Origin: Ostreococcus lucimarinus
Taxonomy: Eukaryota
Length of the DNA stretch: 64,000 nucleotides
Reading direction: 5' to 3' (one strand)
Assembly (NCBI GenBank): GCA_000092065.1
Contig: CP000581.1
Made by a program: the position numbers and the translations under genes. Of the stretch, positions 29,075-39,364 are shown piece after piece. A model generated the notes under the pieces. The model had not been told where the DNA came from and did not search any database. It saw nothing but the letters and a program-made list of their open reading frames with translations. Positions within the stretch are counted from its first letter, which is position 1; every line of letters begins with the position of its first letter.

Positions 29075-31294
29075 ATGTTTGCCAACTCGTTGGCGCTTCG
29101 GGCGTCGAGCGCGCCTCGCGCACTCCGACAACCACAGCATGGTGCGTCGAGAAATTCTCCTCGCCATAACAGAGTTGTTCGTGTCGTTCGCGCGCAAGCC
29201 AGCGATGCATCCCGCGCCAATGTGAACGCGACGGGTACGATGCGAAGAGAAAGCCTTCGTGTGACGCGACTTCGCGATTTGGTTGAAATTTCCCCGCACG
29301 TGTGGGAAGAATATTCCGATCATTCCCCAGGTTCGGTCTCCGAACTCGGCTCCAAGCAAGGTCAAGTTTTCAAGGAGCTATTGCTCGAGTCCCCGCACTT
29401 CCGCGTGTACTCTTACAACGTCTTACCGTCGGGAGAACATTCCGTCAAGTTTTTGATGGGTTCGCCTCGCATGGACAGCCTCGACGACGTGTCACGAGTC
29501 ACCACCGTGGTCGCGAACGCTGACGAAGGATTAATCAACCTTGTCCCTGAGACGAACGGCAGCGGCTTCGTCGCCGAGATTCGATTCCCTCTGCCAGAGT
29601 TGGAGACACGAACGAAGAAGAATGAGGGCATGTCATCCACGCAAATTCGCGAGAGGCGCCTCAACGGCCTCGTTCGCGCCTTGGAGGAACAAATCATCGA
29701 CGAAAGTCTCATCTGTCTCATGGAAAAGGGCAGTGACGATCGATCAGTCTTCACCGGTGAGGCACGCTTGAACAAGTACTTCACCGGCATGCGCGCTCGC
29801 CCCAGCGAATTGCTTCATCGAGGCACGTGCACGTCGTCTTCTCCCACCGCCGGCGCGCTCCAAGCGTCTCGGGACATGCTTCTCAGACTTTGGGATCTCG
29901 AAGAAAACGCCGACGAGGCACTCTGCGAAGAAGTTCGCGAACGCGTCGAGGCGTTATTCTGCGACGGCAACGGTCGAATGGTTATCCATCCGTCTGGCAC
30001 CGACGCGGAGATGGTTCCGCTCCTTCAAGCAATCCTCGCCTCTCGCGCTCTCAAGCGCCAAGCTGGTTTGACAGACATCAAAGGTGACGTAGTCAACATC
30101 GTGTGCTGCGCCGGTGAAGTCGGAAGCGGCACCACTCAAGCAGCAGAAGGGAAATTCTTCTCGAGCACTGTCCCGTTGGGCGGTTACGGCGTCGTCAACG
30201 GCGAGGAGTTGCCAGCAATTCACAAGCTGTGCAACATGAAATCCATCGAGCTAGTTGCACGATCGTCCGTCAACGGGGATCTACTCGATGAATACGACGA
30301 TATGGTTGAAAGTACGACGCGCAAAGCTCTCGTGGAGAATCCGCACAGAGTCGTCGTCGTGCACTCAGTTGCCGGAAGTAAGACGGGTCTATGCGTCCCG
30401 TCACCAGTCGTCGCCGAGAAACTCAAATCAGAGTTTGGTGACCGCATCATCTCTGTTCTCGATGCGTGTCAAATGCGCAGTGGTCCGTCGCTGATTCCTC
30501 GCTGGCTCAATGAAATGGGTCCTGTTCTCATGACGAGCTCCAAGTTCTACGGCGGTCCGTCCTTTGGAAGTGGCGTCTTTGTGCCCCACGCGTGCTTGGC
30601 GAAGATGAACGAAGAATTGGAAGCGGAACCCGCGAGTGCGGTCGTTGACATCGCCGAGGCGTGCGCATCCTATCTCACGTCTTATGATATCGGTCCTCTC
30701 ATGCCGCGCCTTCACGACGCCATGCCGCCTGGTTTCTGTAACACGGGCTTGCTCCTTCGTTGGGCCGCCGGCTTGTACGAGATGGAATCGCTCAACGACG
30801 CCACCACCAACGCCGGTGGCACGGCAGTCGCTGAAGAAAAACTCCGTTCGTGGGTCTTTGCGATGCGCGAAGAGGCACAACGGCATGCTCCCGAGATCGA
30901 ATTCGTTCAACCGATTGACTACGAGAACGAGTGGCAGTACGGTGGCGTGAACACGATTATCTCTGTTCGCTTGCGCAATCCTGCTGGAGAATATTACTCG
31001 ACGCCCGAGTTGAAGAAAATATATGGTTTGATGCACTCTGATATCTCGGAGCATCTCGCCGACGGTAGCACCGACGAAGAACGTCGCGTTGCTTCGAAGA
31101 GATGTCTCACTGGGCAACCGGTGGACATTCCCGAAGGTCCCGTGTTGCGTGTTGTTCTGGGCGCCGCACAGCTCACCGATTTGGTTAGCGGTGCCCAAAC
31201 CTTGGAAGAGATGATGAAAGAAGATCGTGATCTCTTCAAGAAACTCGTTTTGATCAGCCGACAGTTTTTGCACCTGACGAGCTATGAGTTGTAG
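29075..31294 (+). CDS. Divergent PLP-dependent enzyme of the class-V aminotransferase / cysteine-desulfurase fold, with a plastid-type transit peptide. Function unknown.
   Basis: Transit-like 'MFANSLALRASSAPRALRQP...VVRVVRAQAS'. 'HPSGTDAE' resembles the class-V 'TSGGTE'. 'VLDACQ' plus 'MTSSKFYGGPSFG' resembles the '[DA]AAQ...SxHK.YGP' PLP-Lys region. Confidence 0.55.
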   Translation: MFANSLALRASSAPRALRQPQHGASRNSPRHNRVVRVVRAQASDASRANVNATGTMRRESLRVTRLRDLVEISPHVWEEYSDHSPGSVSELGSKQGQVFKELLLESPHFRVYSYNVLPSGEHSVKFLMGSPRMDSLDDVSRVTTVVANADEGLINLVPETNGSGFVAEIRFPLPELETRTKKNEGMSSTQIRERRLNGLVRALEEQIIDESLICLMEKGSDDRSVFTGEARLNKYFTGMRARPSELLHRGTCTSSSPTAGALQASRDMLLRLWDLEENADEALCEEVRERVEALFCDGNGRMVIHPSGTDAEMVPLLQAILASRALKRQAGLTDIKGDVVNIVCCAGEVGSGTTQAAEGKFFSSTVPLGGYGVVNGEELPAIHKLCNMKSIELVARSSVNGDLLDEYDDMVESTTRKALVENPHRVVVVHSVAGSKTGLCVPSPVVAEKLKSEFGDRIISVLDACQMRSGPSLIPRWLNEMGPVLMTSSKFYGGPSFGSGVFVPHACLAKMNEELEAEPASAVVDIAEACASYLTSYDIGPLMPRLHDAMPPGFCNTGLLLRWAAGLYEMESLNDATTNAGGTAVAEEKLRSWVFAMREEAQRHAPEIEFVQPIDYENEWQYGGVNTIISVRLRNPAGEYYSTPELKKIYGLMHSDISEHLADGSTDEERRVASKRCLTGQPVDIPEGPVLRVVLGAAQLTDLVSGAQTLEEMMKEDRDLFKKLVLISRQFLHLTSYEL

Positions 31295-31513
31295 CGTCGC
31301 TTCCAGCGAGAAGCCGCTCCTCCCAAAGTAGTTCGCGACTGTCCCTGGGTTGTCGTATTTTTCGAATTGCAACGTTAAAAATGAACGATTGAGCATCTCT
31401 CGAGATGACTTTATGACTTGTGTGAATTAATGGTGAATTAGTTAGAGTGTTGTAGAATTATGACCACGAATGTTCTAGTTGCCTCTGCCGTCAAATTACA
31501 AACTCGAAGTACT

Positions 31514-32584
31514 TCAAGCGATCCCGTCCTTGCTGATCAAATTTTCCTTTTCGCCGCTCTTGGCGTCATCGCTAACTATGGTGATTTCCTTCTTACTCCC
31601 CTTCCGCGCCGCCTTCAAGAACGCGTTGTAATAAAGTGCCCCGAAAACCATGCAAGTTCCGCCCCACTGAGGCAGCGTGAGTGGATGCATGAAGATGATG
31701 CAGCTCAACAGAATACTAATGAACTGACGCGTCGTCATGATGGTGGCGAAAAGAAGCGCACCAAACTCTCGAATGGTGTACAAAATGCAAAGCTGCCCGA
31801 GCATGGCCGCGGTGGAGAGGATGATGACGTCGCCCATGACCCCGGGATGTCGTCCGATGAAGTTGAACGCCTCGGTGAGAGAACTATCACTCAGGAGCCA
31901 GAACAACGAAATCGCCGCGCTGCACAAGTTGACCCAAACCATTTGATTGTATGTTTCCATATGGTATCCCTTGAAGAGCTTGTCTTGAAAAGTCGACGTG
32001 AATCCATCGAATCCGAGATATCCCAACATCAACACGCCGCCGTACCAAGACGTATCGCCACCAGATGACACGTGTTTGTTCGTGACGTCGCCGTAAAGCG
32101 CGAAAATCGTACAACCGGCGGTGATGAACGCGGCGACAAGCATGTCTGCCGCGTCGTATCGCCTTTGGTTGATGGCGAACCCCCAAATCATCACCGGTAT
32201 CATCTTCGCGCACTTCCCAAGCGTCTGCACTGGAAACGAGACGTACTTTAACGCCTCGTACTGACACGTCGTCGCCACCACGTTCGACGCGCTCACCGTG
32301 GCATACGAGTAAATCGGAGCCACCGGTCTCACCGCACCCTTGATCGCGACCAATATGCACGCGGCCGCGCACACAGCTAACAATCTATTGTTCAACACCA
32401 AGAAGACGCTAAACTTGAAGAATTCTTCCTCCCCGTCGTCGCCATACGGTCTCGTCATGATGCGTTCTTGGAGAATCCCGTACACAACGAGCGATCCGAC
32501 GACACCGACGACGCACCCGATGATTTTCAGCGCTTTGGGCGTGCACAAAACGCCCAAAACGCCGTTTTCGCCTCGCGAAGTCAT
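31514..32584 (-). CDS. Nucleotide-sugar / PAPS transporter of the UAA (SLC35B) family
   Basis: Ten predicted TM helices. 'GYLGFDGFTSTFQDKLFKGY' is the characteristic SLC35B motif. Confidence 0.8.
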   Translation of the reverse strand: MTSRGENGVLGVLCTPKALKIIGCVVGVVGSLVVYGILQERIMTRPYGDDGEEEFFKFSVFLVLNNRLLAVCAAACILVAIKGAVRPVAPIYSYATVSASNVVATTCQYEALKYVSFPVQTLGKCAKMIPVMIWGFAINQRRYDAADMLVAAFITAGCTIFALYGDVTNKHVSSGGDTSWYGGVLMLGYLGFDGFTSTFQDKLFKGYHMETYNQMVWVNLCSAAISLFWLLSDSSLTEAFNFIGRHPGVMGDVIILSTAAMLGQLCILYTIREFGALLFATIMTTRQFISILLSCIIFMHPLTLPQWGGTCMVFGALYYNAFLKAARKGSKKEITIVSDDAKSGEKENLISKDGIA

Positions 32585-32870
32585 CTTTCGCGCTCAACAC
32601 CCTGACGGACGTCAGGGACGGGACGGAGCGTCGACGTAACGTGCGCGCGCGCGCGCGTTCTATAGACGCGTTTACGTGAGGCTGATCGAACGATCGCCGG
32701 CTCGAGCGACGACGCGCGATGGAGTGGCGTGCGATCTGGTCTTGGCTTGGATTTGAGGCGCGAGCGCGTCGTTTGCGAGCTCGGCAGTTTCGCTTCGCTT
32801 TAGAAATTAAAACGCTCTCTCGCGCGCATTACGATTCGGTCGACGCTAATGCTATCTCCCTACTGTTTGA

Positions 32871-33875
32871 CTACGCTTTCTTGGCCTTCTTCGCCGGCTT
32901 TGCGTCTCCGGCTTTGACGGCGCCTCGCGCGAAGACGAAATTGAACTCGGACGACGCGGCGGCGTCAAACTTCCAGCACCCGTCCGTGCCCCGAAAGGTT
33001 TTCAGATCTTCGGGCGAAGCCACTCGAGCGTCGACGCAGTGTCGAACCATGGCTCCTCGAGCTTGTTTGGCGTACACTGCGGGTCCGGGAAACGTCATCG
33101 TGTACACGTCTACGCCTCGCTTTGTCAACGCCTCTCGCTTGACCGATTTCCAGTACTCTTGCGACGCGCAGTTCACGACGAACGGCCTCGCGCTCGATTC
33201 ACCACTCGTCGCCGCTTGTTCGTCCAAATCGTCCGCGATGGCGAGCGCGATGTCTTCCCCCCAATACGCGTATAAATCCTTGCCGGACGGCGCCCACTTC
33301 GTTCCCATCTCGAGTCGGTACGGCGCGATGGCGTCGTACGGCCGCAGGCAACCGTACAACCCGCTTAAAATCCTCAAATGTTTCTGTAAATACGCCTTCT
33401 CCTCTTCCGTCTTCAACGTCGACGCCTTCAAGTGCCTGAATGCCGGCCCATCGAACGCCAAAGCGCACGCCTTCGTCGCCGCTTTCTCAAAGTTTCCGAA
33501 TCGCTCGACGTTGAGCTTCGCGATGGCGTCCGACACCCCCATGAGCGTCTTCAGGTCGCCCGCCTTGAGTTCGCGCGCCTCGCGCGCGATCGCGTTCGCT
33601 CGTTCCGCGAATCTCGGTCGCGTCGCGCGCGTCGCATCGCTCGCGTTCATCGCCGCCTCGTCCAACGCCTTGGCCGGGCTCAGGACGACGACGAACGGCG
33701 TCGCGCTCGCGCTCGCGCTCGCGCTCGCGTCTTCGCGCGTCGTCGTCGCCTTCATCGTCAGGCTGCGTCGCGCGCGTCGCGTCGACGTCGTCGTCGAGGT
33801 CGTCGTCGTCGAGGTCGTCGTCGAGGTCGTCCCCGTCCTCGTCCTCGTCGCGCACAGACGCGCACACGCGCGCAT
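32871..33875 (-). CDS. yaaA: UPF0246 / YaaA (DUF328) peroxide-stress family protein with an S/T-rich N-terminal presequence
   Basis: 'VVLSPAKALD' and the rest align with the YaaA consensus (LSPAKTLD...). Poly-Thr/Ser N-terminus. Confidence 0.8.
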   Translation of the reverse strand: MRACARLCATRTRTGTTSTTTSTTTTSTTTSTRRARRSLTMKATTTREDASASASASATPFVVVLSPAKALDEAAMNASDATRATRPRFAERANAIAREARELKAGDLKTLMGVSDAIAKLNVERFGNFEKAATKACALAFDGPAFRHLKASTLKTEEEKAYLQKHLRILSGLYGCLRPYDAIAPYRLEMGTKWAPSGKDLYAYWGEDIALAIADDLDEQAATSGESSARPFVVNCASQEYWKSVKREALTKRGVDVYTMTFPGPAVYAKQARGAMVRHCVDARVASPEDLKTFRGTDGCWKFDAAASSEFNFVFARGAVKAGDAKPAKKAKKA

Positions 33876-34001
33876 GACTGACGATCGAACCGTCGAATCG
33901 CGCCGACGTCGGCGCGGCGCCGCGTCTTCGCGCGTGCGTTACTCGGATGGCGTTACCGATGACTGGTGACTGATGACCCGGCGTCAGTGTGAGACACGAC
34001 G

Positions 34002-35000
34002 ATGGACGCGCGAACGCTCAGGGTGATTGAATTAATCGACGCGCTGGAGGAACAGTACCCGGACGCCCCGTCGGCGCCGCGCGAGGCGTTCGTGCACTGG
34101 TCGGAGGACGACGTGCGCGCGTGGTACCACACGCGAGGCGAGGCGAAGCCGCGACGGGACGAGGAGGGCGATGACAAGACGTGGTTCCCAGGACTCGAGC
34201 GAAGCGGAACGAGATGTGTCTTGGGCAAGACGCCCAAGTTGAGAATTTTGTGCTTCCCGAACGCGGGGAACATGGAAGACATGTATACGCACGAAGGCAC
34301 GGGGGCGAGACGCGCGACGTCGCCGTTGCTGGAGTTCGCCAAGACGCATGAGGCAGAGGTATTGGCGGTGCAGTACCCGGGGCGAGGAAATCGTTCGAAA
34401 GAGTCGTGTGCATTTGAGATCGATGAAATCATCCATCCTCTGTTGCCCGTGGTAGCGGGGAAGTTGTCAGAGTGCCCATACGTCGTTGTCGGGCATTCCG
34501 TCGGCTCGTGGATCGCTTACGAGTTCTTGCAACTGCTACGCGCTCGGGGCGTTCGCATGCCCGAGCACGTCTTCCTTTCGGCATTTCCGTACCCAGATAT
34601 TCCTCACGACGTCCGGCCGTGGCGCATAAACGTGCTGTTGGACGAAGAGGGATTCAAAGATGAGTGTCGCCGATGGGACGTCAACGAGCTTGTTTTTGGC
34701 GATATTTGGAAAATTTACCAACCGCTGATGCGCGCAGATTTTCACTTGTTTGACAAATACGATCACGTACACGATGGGAAGGAGAACTTTACATGGCCTC
34801 TGACCGTGTTTCACGGCGAGAGCGATCGGATGATCACGCGCGAGATGTGTCAAGGCTGGGAAACGCACACGACGGGCGAGTTCGAGCTGCTCGCGATCCC
34901 CGGTCATCACTTGTTCCCGCTTCAAAAAGATCAAAAGGCGATGTGGCTTCGAAAAATCGCCGAAAGACTTCAGAACGTCGTCGCGCGCACCGCGGCGTAA
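34002..35000 (+). CDS. Type-II thioesterase (alpha/beta hydrolase, OLAH/SAST-like)
   Basis: 'LRILCFPNAGN' resembles 'FCFPYAGGS'. Nucleophile elbow 'VVGHSVGSWIAYE'. C-terminal 'IPGHHLF' His. Confidence 0.75.
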   Translation: MDARTLRVIELIDALEEQYPDAPSAPREAFVHWSEDDVRAWYHTRGEAKPRRDEEGDDKTWFPGLERSGTRCVLGKTPKLRILCFPNAGNMEDMYTHEGTGARRATSPLLEFAKTHEAEVLAVQYPGRGNRSKESCAFEIDEIIHPLLPVVAGKLSECPYVVVGHSVGSWIAYEFLQLLRARGVRMPEHVFLSAFPYPDIPHDVRPWRINVLLDEEGFKDECRRWDVNELVFGDIWKIYQPLMRADFHLFDKYDHVHDGKENFTWPLTVFHGESDRMITREMCQGWETHTTGEFELLAIPGHHLFPLQKDQKAMWLRKIAERLQNVVARTAA

Positions 35001-35083
35001 TCACTCGGGTGCATTCGAGTCGCGAACGGTTGTCATTGATGATGTTTTGTGTTCACATCGCTATTCTCTATCGATTCTACCGA

Positions 35084-36106
35084 CTACGCGCCTCCCGCAG
35101 CTTTGCGTTTCCGCTCGAGATACCTCGCTCGCGCGTCGCTCACGTCGGCTTCTGTGTTCCTCCTCGCATTCGAGTCAACTTTTACCGGTGGCGGCGTCTC
35201 GACGGCGATGGCTCCCGCTGCTTTCGTTGGCCTCTCCACCAGCGTCACGTCGGACGGGATCGGAGGTATCGCCGGCGTCTCCGCCGCCCGCGCGATGAGT
35301 TCACGATCGCGATCGGCCGCGCTCGTGAGCTTAGGCGCCGTCGTCGCGTTTGATGGCTTCGTTGCATCGGGTTCGGGCGCGGCTCGCCGCGTGTCTCTCG
35401 CTGCATCGCCGCCCATGGCTGAATTCCTATGCATGAGGTTGGAGTAAAACGAAGTCATCGCACCGGCGCCACGCTTTGTGACATCTTCCTCTTCCTCCAC
35501 TGCATCGCGCGCCTTGTCTTCCGCCAACCACTTCGCGTCTTCCTGTAGCTTGGCTCTATACGCCGCCGTCACAAACTTGTCCTTATCCGCATACAAGTGA
35601 TCCTCCTTCAATCTTTCCTTCAACAGTCGTCTCTCGTACGACGCGTCGTCCTCCTTCTTCCTCGCCTCCGCCTTGGCTATCAAATCTCCTATATACCTCG
35701 ACTGTCGCTCCACGCGTTCGCTCGCCAGCTCCTTCGCCTTCGCACCTCGTGACTTTGCGATATCATCGAACACCGCGTCGTACTCAAACGCGTTCGCGTC
35801 TTCCTTCAACGCCTCGCTCGTCGTCGTCGCCGCTCTCGCCGCGTCTCGTCTCGCCTTGAGCGCCATCGCCTCTTGTTGTCGCTTCACCTCCGCGTTCGCC
35901 CGCTCCCGCGCCTTGACGGGATCGTCATCATCACCTTCATCGCTGTCGGAATCGCACGCGAACGCCGCCAACGCCGGTCTCGGCGCGGGTTTCCCGCCCG
36001 ACGTCCCTCGCGGTTTCTTCTTTGGAAGATTTAACCCGTACGCCAGCGTCGCGTGCGACGACGCGTCGTCGCGCGCGTTCGACATCGAGATCTTCCTTCC
36101 TTCCAC
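35084..36106 (-). CDS. NSRP1: Nuclear speckle splicing regulatory protein 1 homolog (NSRP1/CCDC55, DUF2040). The ATG is near 36085 (MSNARDD...).
   Basis: Collinear matches to human NSRP1: 'YGLNLPKKKP', 'FACDSDSDEGDDD', 'FEYDAVFDDIAK', 'RYIGDLIAKAEARKKE', 'DKDKFVTAAYRAKLQE', 'MTSFYSNLM'. Confidence 0.8.
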   Translation of the reverse strand: MEGRKISMSNARDDASSHATLAYGLNLPKKKPRGTSGGKPAPRPALAAFACDSDSDEGDDDDPVKARERANAEVKRQQEAMALKARRDAARAATTTSEALKEDANAFEYDAVFDDIAKSRGAKAKELASERVERQSRYIGDLIAKAEARKKEDDASYERRLLKERLKEDHLYADKDKFVTAAYRAKLQEDAKWLAEDKARDAVEEEEDVTKRGAGAMTSFYSNLMHRNSAMGGDAARDTRRAAPEPDATKPSNATTAPKLTSAADRDRELIARAAETPAIPPIPSDVTLVERPTKAAGAIAVETPPPVKVDSNARRNTEADVSDARARYLERKRKAAGGA

Positions 36107-36855
36107 CTTCCGCGTCGTCGTCGCCGTCGCCTCGCGATCGTCGCCGTCGCCGTCGTCGCCTCGCGGTCGTCTATGTCGCCGCCGTCGTGGTGTGCGGGAC
36201 GTCGGACCCGGGTCGGCGATGGCGTCGTCGCGCGAGGACGACGACGGACGAGCGACGCGATGGGAGACGCGACGGGAGACGATTTTCTTCGGACTTCGGG
36301 CTTCGGACTTCGCCGTCGGCGTCGACTGCGCGCGCGCGCGTCGCGCGTCTCGCGAACGACGATCGCGTCTTCAACGACTCGAAACGTCATTCGTTCGTTC
36401 GTTCGTTCGTTCGTTCGTTCGTTCGTTCGCGCGCGCGTTTCCGCGACGTCGCGGACGCGCGCGATCGGCGACGTCGCGGACGCGCGCCATCGTCGTCGAT
36501 CGCGGTCGGTCGCGGATGCGCGTCGACGTCGTCGCCCGTCGACGACGGACGGATGGATGGACGAGGTGCAGCACCTAGGGTTGTGCGCCCGGTACCGGGC
36601 GCGACGCCCCGCGGCGCCCCGCGGCGTTTCGCGTGGAGGTCGGGAGGTCAGTCGACGACGCGCGGTGGCGGCGCGACGGTGGACTCGAGACGAATCGAAC
36701 GTCGAACGAACGACGCGCATCGAATCGACCCGACGCGACGTCGCGCGCGACGAGGCGAGACGCGGCCGACGCCGCCGACGCCGCCGACGACGAATCGCAT
36801 TCGCGGAGATTGTGAATCGCGGAGATTGTGAATCGCGTGGCGCGAGACGAACGAT

Positions 36856-38223
36856 ATGGGTGCGTGTGCGTCGATGCTGAGCGGTGCACCGGCGGAGGGA
36901 GGAGAAGTGTCGCGATTGGCGGATACACTCGTGCGTCTGGGGGCGGAGCGGAGGACGGTGAACGATGCGCTGCGGTTATTCTGGCGCGCTGATAAAGACG
37001 GGAGCGGGACGCTCGGGTTGAAGGAATTCGCGGAGACGTTTGCGTTGCGCACGCGGAACGCGTTTTTACCGCGTATGATGTCGCTTTTCGACGTCGGAGG
37101 CGACGGGGACATCGGGGCGTTGGAGTTTGTCATGTGCATGGCGCAGTTTCACGAAAGAAGCGCGTCGGCGCACATATATTTCGCTTGGCGACTGTTCGAC
37201 CAAGACGACTCGGGTTCGATGACGATGGAGGAGTTTGAAACCATCATAAACAACTCGATGAGCTACACGGGATCGAATAAAGGTTTCAGCGGTGGATCAC
37301 ATGATCAAATGGGGGACCGCGTCGTTAGAGCTGGCCGCAACGGGGCACGAGTGCGGGTGAAAGGCATGAGACAAATCATCAAACAAGCCGACTTGGACGA
37401 CAACGGCGTGATCACAATCGACGAGTTTAAGGTTCTTTGCGCGAATAGCTCGCATATCGCCGCGCCGGCTTTCGAGCTGTGGAGTGCAGTCGGGGCACAA
37501 TCGAAACCTTGTTGGAAACTGAAGGAAGAGCTCAAGGCGAAAGGCAAGCTTGAAGCAGTACTAGAGATGCTCAGCCCAGCGGCGAGAAAAGCGTTGGGAG
37601 TGAAACGCAAAACGGACGTGGATCGCAAAGATAGGCGTCACGGTGCAGCACGCCGGACGATGGGGAACAACAGAAGAAAGCCAGAACGAAAGATACCCGG
37701 TGACCTCGCGTTCATGGACTCCGTGAAAATAAAAAATGAAGACGACGCTGCGCGCGGTGAGCGGCAGTCGGGCGAGCGGCGCGCGGGCGCGCGAGAACAT
37801 CGAGATCACCGCGAACGCAGTCATCGACATCACCATAGGCATAGAGACGATCGCGAGCACCGTGGGCCTCGCGATGATCGCGCTCGCGATAATCCTCGTG
37901 GTCACCGCGATCATCACTCGGAGCGTCGCAAACATCGACCGGATGATGGATATTACGGACAACCGCCGCCGAACGCGTTCGCGCCGAACCAAGGTCTCGG
38001 CGGTGGTTACGGCGGTAACGACGTGCGGTACGGGGGAAACCAAATGTCACCGTCGCATCAATACGAACAGCAGCGACCACCGATGAGTAATGGTGGTGGC
38101 GGCGGTTACGGCCAACCGCGCGGCGGTCAGCCTCCTCGCCCGGGCGCTCGCGCCCCGTTCGCGGGCGACGGCGACCAAGACGAGCTATTGGCTCAGCTCG
38201 AGCGCGATTTGTACGGCAGGTGA
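36856..38223 (+). CDS. N-myristoylated EF-hand Ca2+-sensor (calcineurin-B/NCS-like) with a long RD/H-rich and G/Q/Y-rich low-complexity tail
   Basis: 'MGACAS' myristoylation consensus. EF loops 'DKDGSGTLGLKEF', 'DVGGDGDIGALEF', 'DQDDSGSMTMEEF', 'DLDDNGVITIDEF'. Tail 'RDHRERSHRHHHRHRDDREHRG...GGGYGGNDVRYGGNQ'. Confidence 0.75.
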   Translation: MGACASMLSGAPAEGGEVSRLADTLVRLGAERRTVNDALRLFWRADKDGSGTLGLKEFAETFALRTRNAFLPRMMSLFDVGGDGDIGALEFVMCMAQFHERSASAHIYFAWRLFDQDDSGSMTMEEFETIINNSMSYTGSNKGFSGGSHDQMGDRVVRAGRNGARVRVKGMRQIIKQADLDDNGVITIDEFKVLCANSSHIAAPAFELWSAVGAQSKPCWKLKEELKAKGKLEAVLEMLSPAARKALGVKRKTDVDRKDRRHGAARRTMGNNRRKPERKIPGDLAFMDSVKIKNEDDAARGERQSGERRAGAREHRDHRERSHRHHHRHRDDREHRGPRDDRARDNPRGHRDHHSERRKHRPDDGYYGQPPPNAFAPNQGLGGGYGGNDVRYGGNQMSPSHQYEQQRPPMSNGGGGGYGQPRGGQPPRPGARAPFAGDGDQDELLAQLERDLYGR

Positions 38224-38370
38224 CGCACGGTATATATAATTTTCCTCGGTCGCGCATCTTTTGTATCATCAGTGTCACAAATATTCACCACATCGCTCCT
38301 CTCGCTCTTCGCGGTCGCCAGAGAAAAGTCGTTTGAAATCAAATTTCCCGCTCAAAATGCTTGAAACACG

Positions 38371-38730
38371 ATGGCGCGCGCGCGAACTCCGCACTCGTCG
38401 TCGCGCCCGTCGATGCTCACCGCGCTGCGCATTGACGCGCGCGCGACAGACATTCATTCGAGCGCGATGACCATTCACACTTACGCCTCACCGTCGGCGA
38501 AACCGCGCGAAGGGGACGACGGCGGCGACGACAGCGGCGCTCGACGTCAATGCGCCAAGTTTACGATTTGGAATGACTTTGGCGATAAGGAAAACGTCGA
38601 CCCGGTGACGGCGACGGCGGCGACGACGCGGCGACGATCGAAAGATTGCACGCCTTCGCGACCGCCGTTGGCAGATATCACGCGTCGCTTCACTCCACCG
38701 GTAAGGCGCGCGAGAAGACCGACACGATGA
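38371..38730 (+). CDS. Small basic unstructured ORF (119 aa) containing a KEN box and an RxxL motif. Candidate APC/C-substrate-like protein; speculative.
   Basis: 'FGDKENVDP' (KEN) and 'RPPLADITR' (RxxL). Intergenic position with ATG. Confidence 0.25.
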   Translation: MARARTPHSSSRPSMLTALRIDARATDIHSSAMTIHTYASPSAKPREGDDGGDDSGARRQCAKFTIWNDFGDKENVDPVTATAATTRRRSKDCTPSRPPLADITRRFTPPVRRARRPTR

Positions 38731-39364
38731 CGCGCGGGAAGTTTAAACACTCGATTTACGCGCCAAATTTTTGAAAAAAATTTCAGATTTGAGCACGAGA
38801 AGAGGAAGGCAAATTTGACATACTGACGACGACCGTGCGATGGAAACAGAACAATAAACTCACGCCTGGAAGGTACACGTTGAAACACGGAGCGAAGGGG
38901 ATGGGGATTCAAAAGGTGCGAGAACGCCGCCGCCACCGCCGTGCGAAACGCGCTCGCGAGGCGGATATCGTGAGCAAAGACACTAACCGGCGTTTCGCGT
39001 GACAGAGTTCTGTGCGTGCTAGTAGATTATTTCACGCGGAAAACGTGAGTGGCAATGAACGACAAGTGGGTGAAGTGGCGAAGAAGGCGGATTCCCGCGC
39101 GGGGACGCGCCCGTCGATTAAGCGCGTTCGGTGAGCGCGTTAGATTTCTCGCGTCGCGTGTTCTCGCGAGACGCCAACATTTGGTGCACGCACATTATCA
39201 CGAAACGGCGGTAAAACGTTTGAAACACTCGCTCCATCGCAACATAGCAATGCGGAGCGAACGATCGGCATATTGCACATTAGCAATCAGATTTAGAACA
39301 GCTGCAAATACTATTACACAAACGCTAGACGTAAAATCAATCCGCCGTCCCGTCGTCCCGCCTT

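Noticed and set aside
38701-38794. Candidate intron 'gtaagg...aaatttcag' after the KEN-box ORF
   Set aside because: All three downstream frames hit stops within a few codons, so it does not extend the ORF. It is at best a 3'UTR feature.
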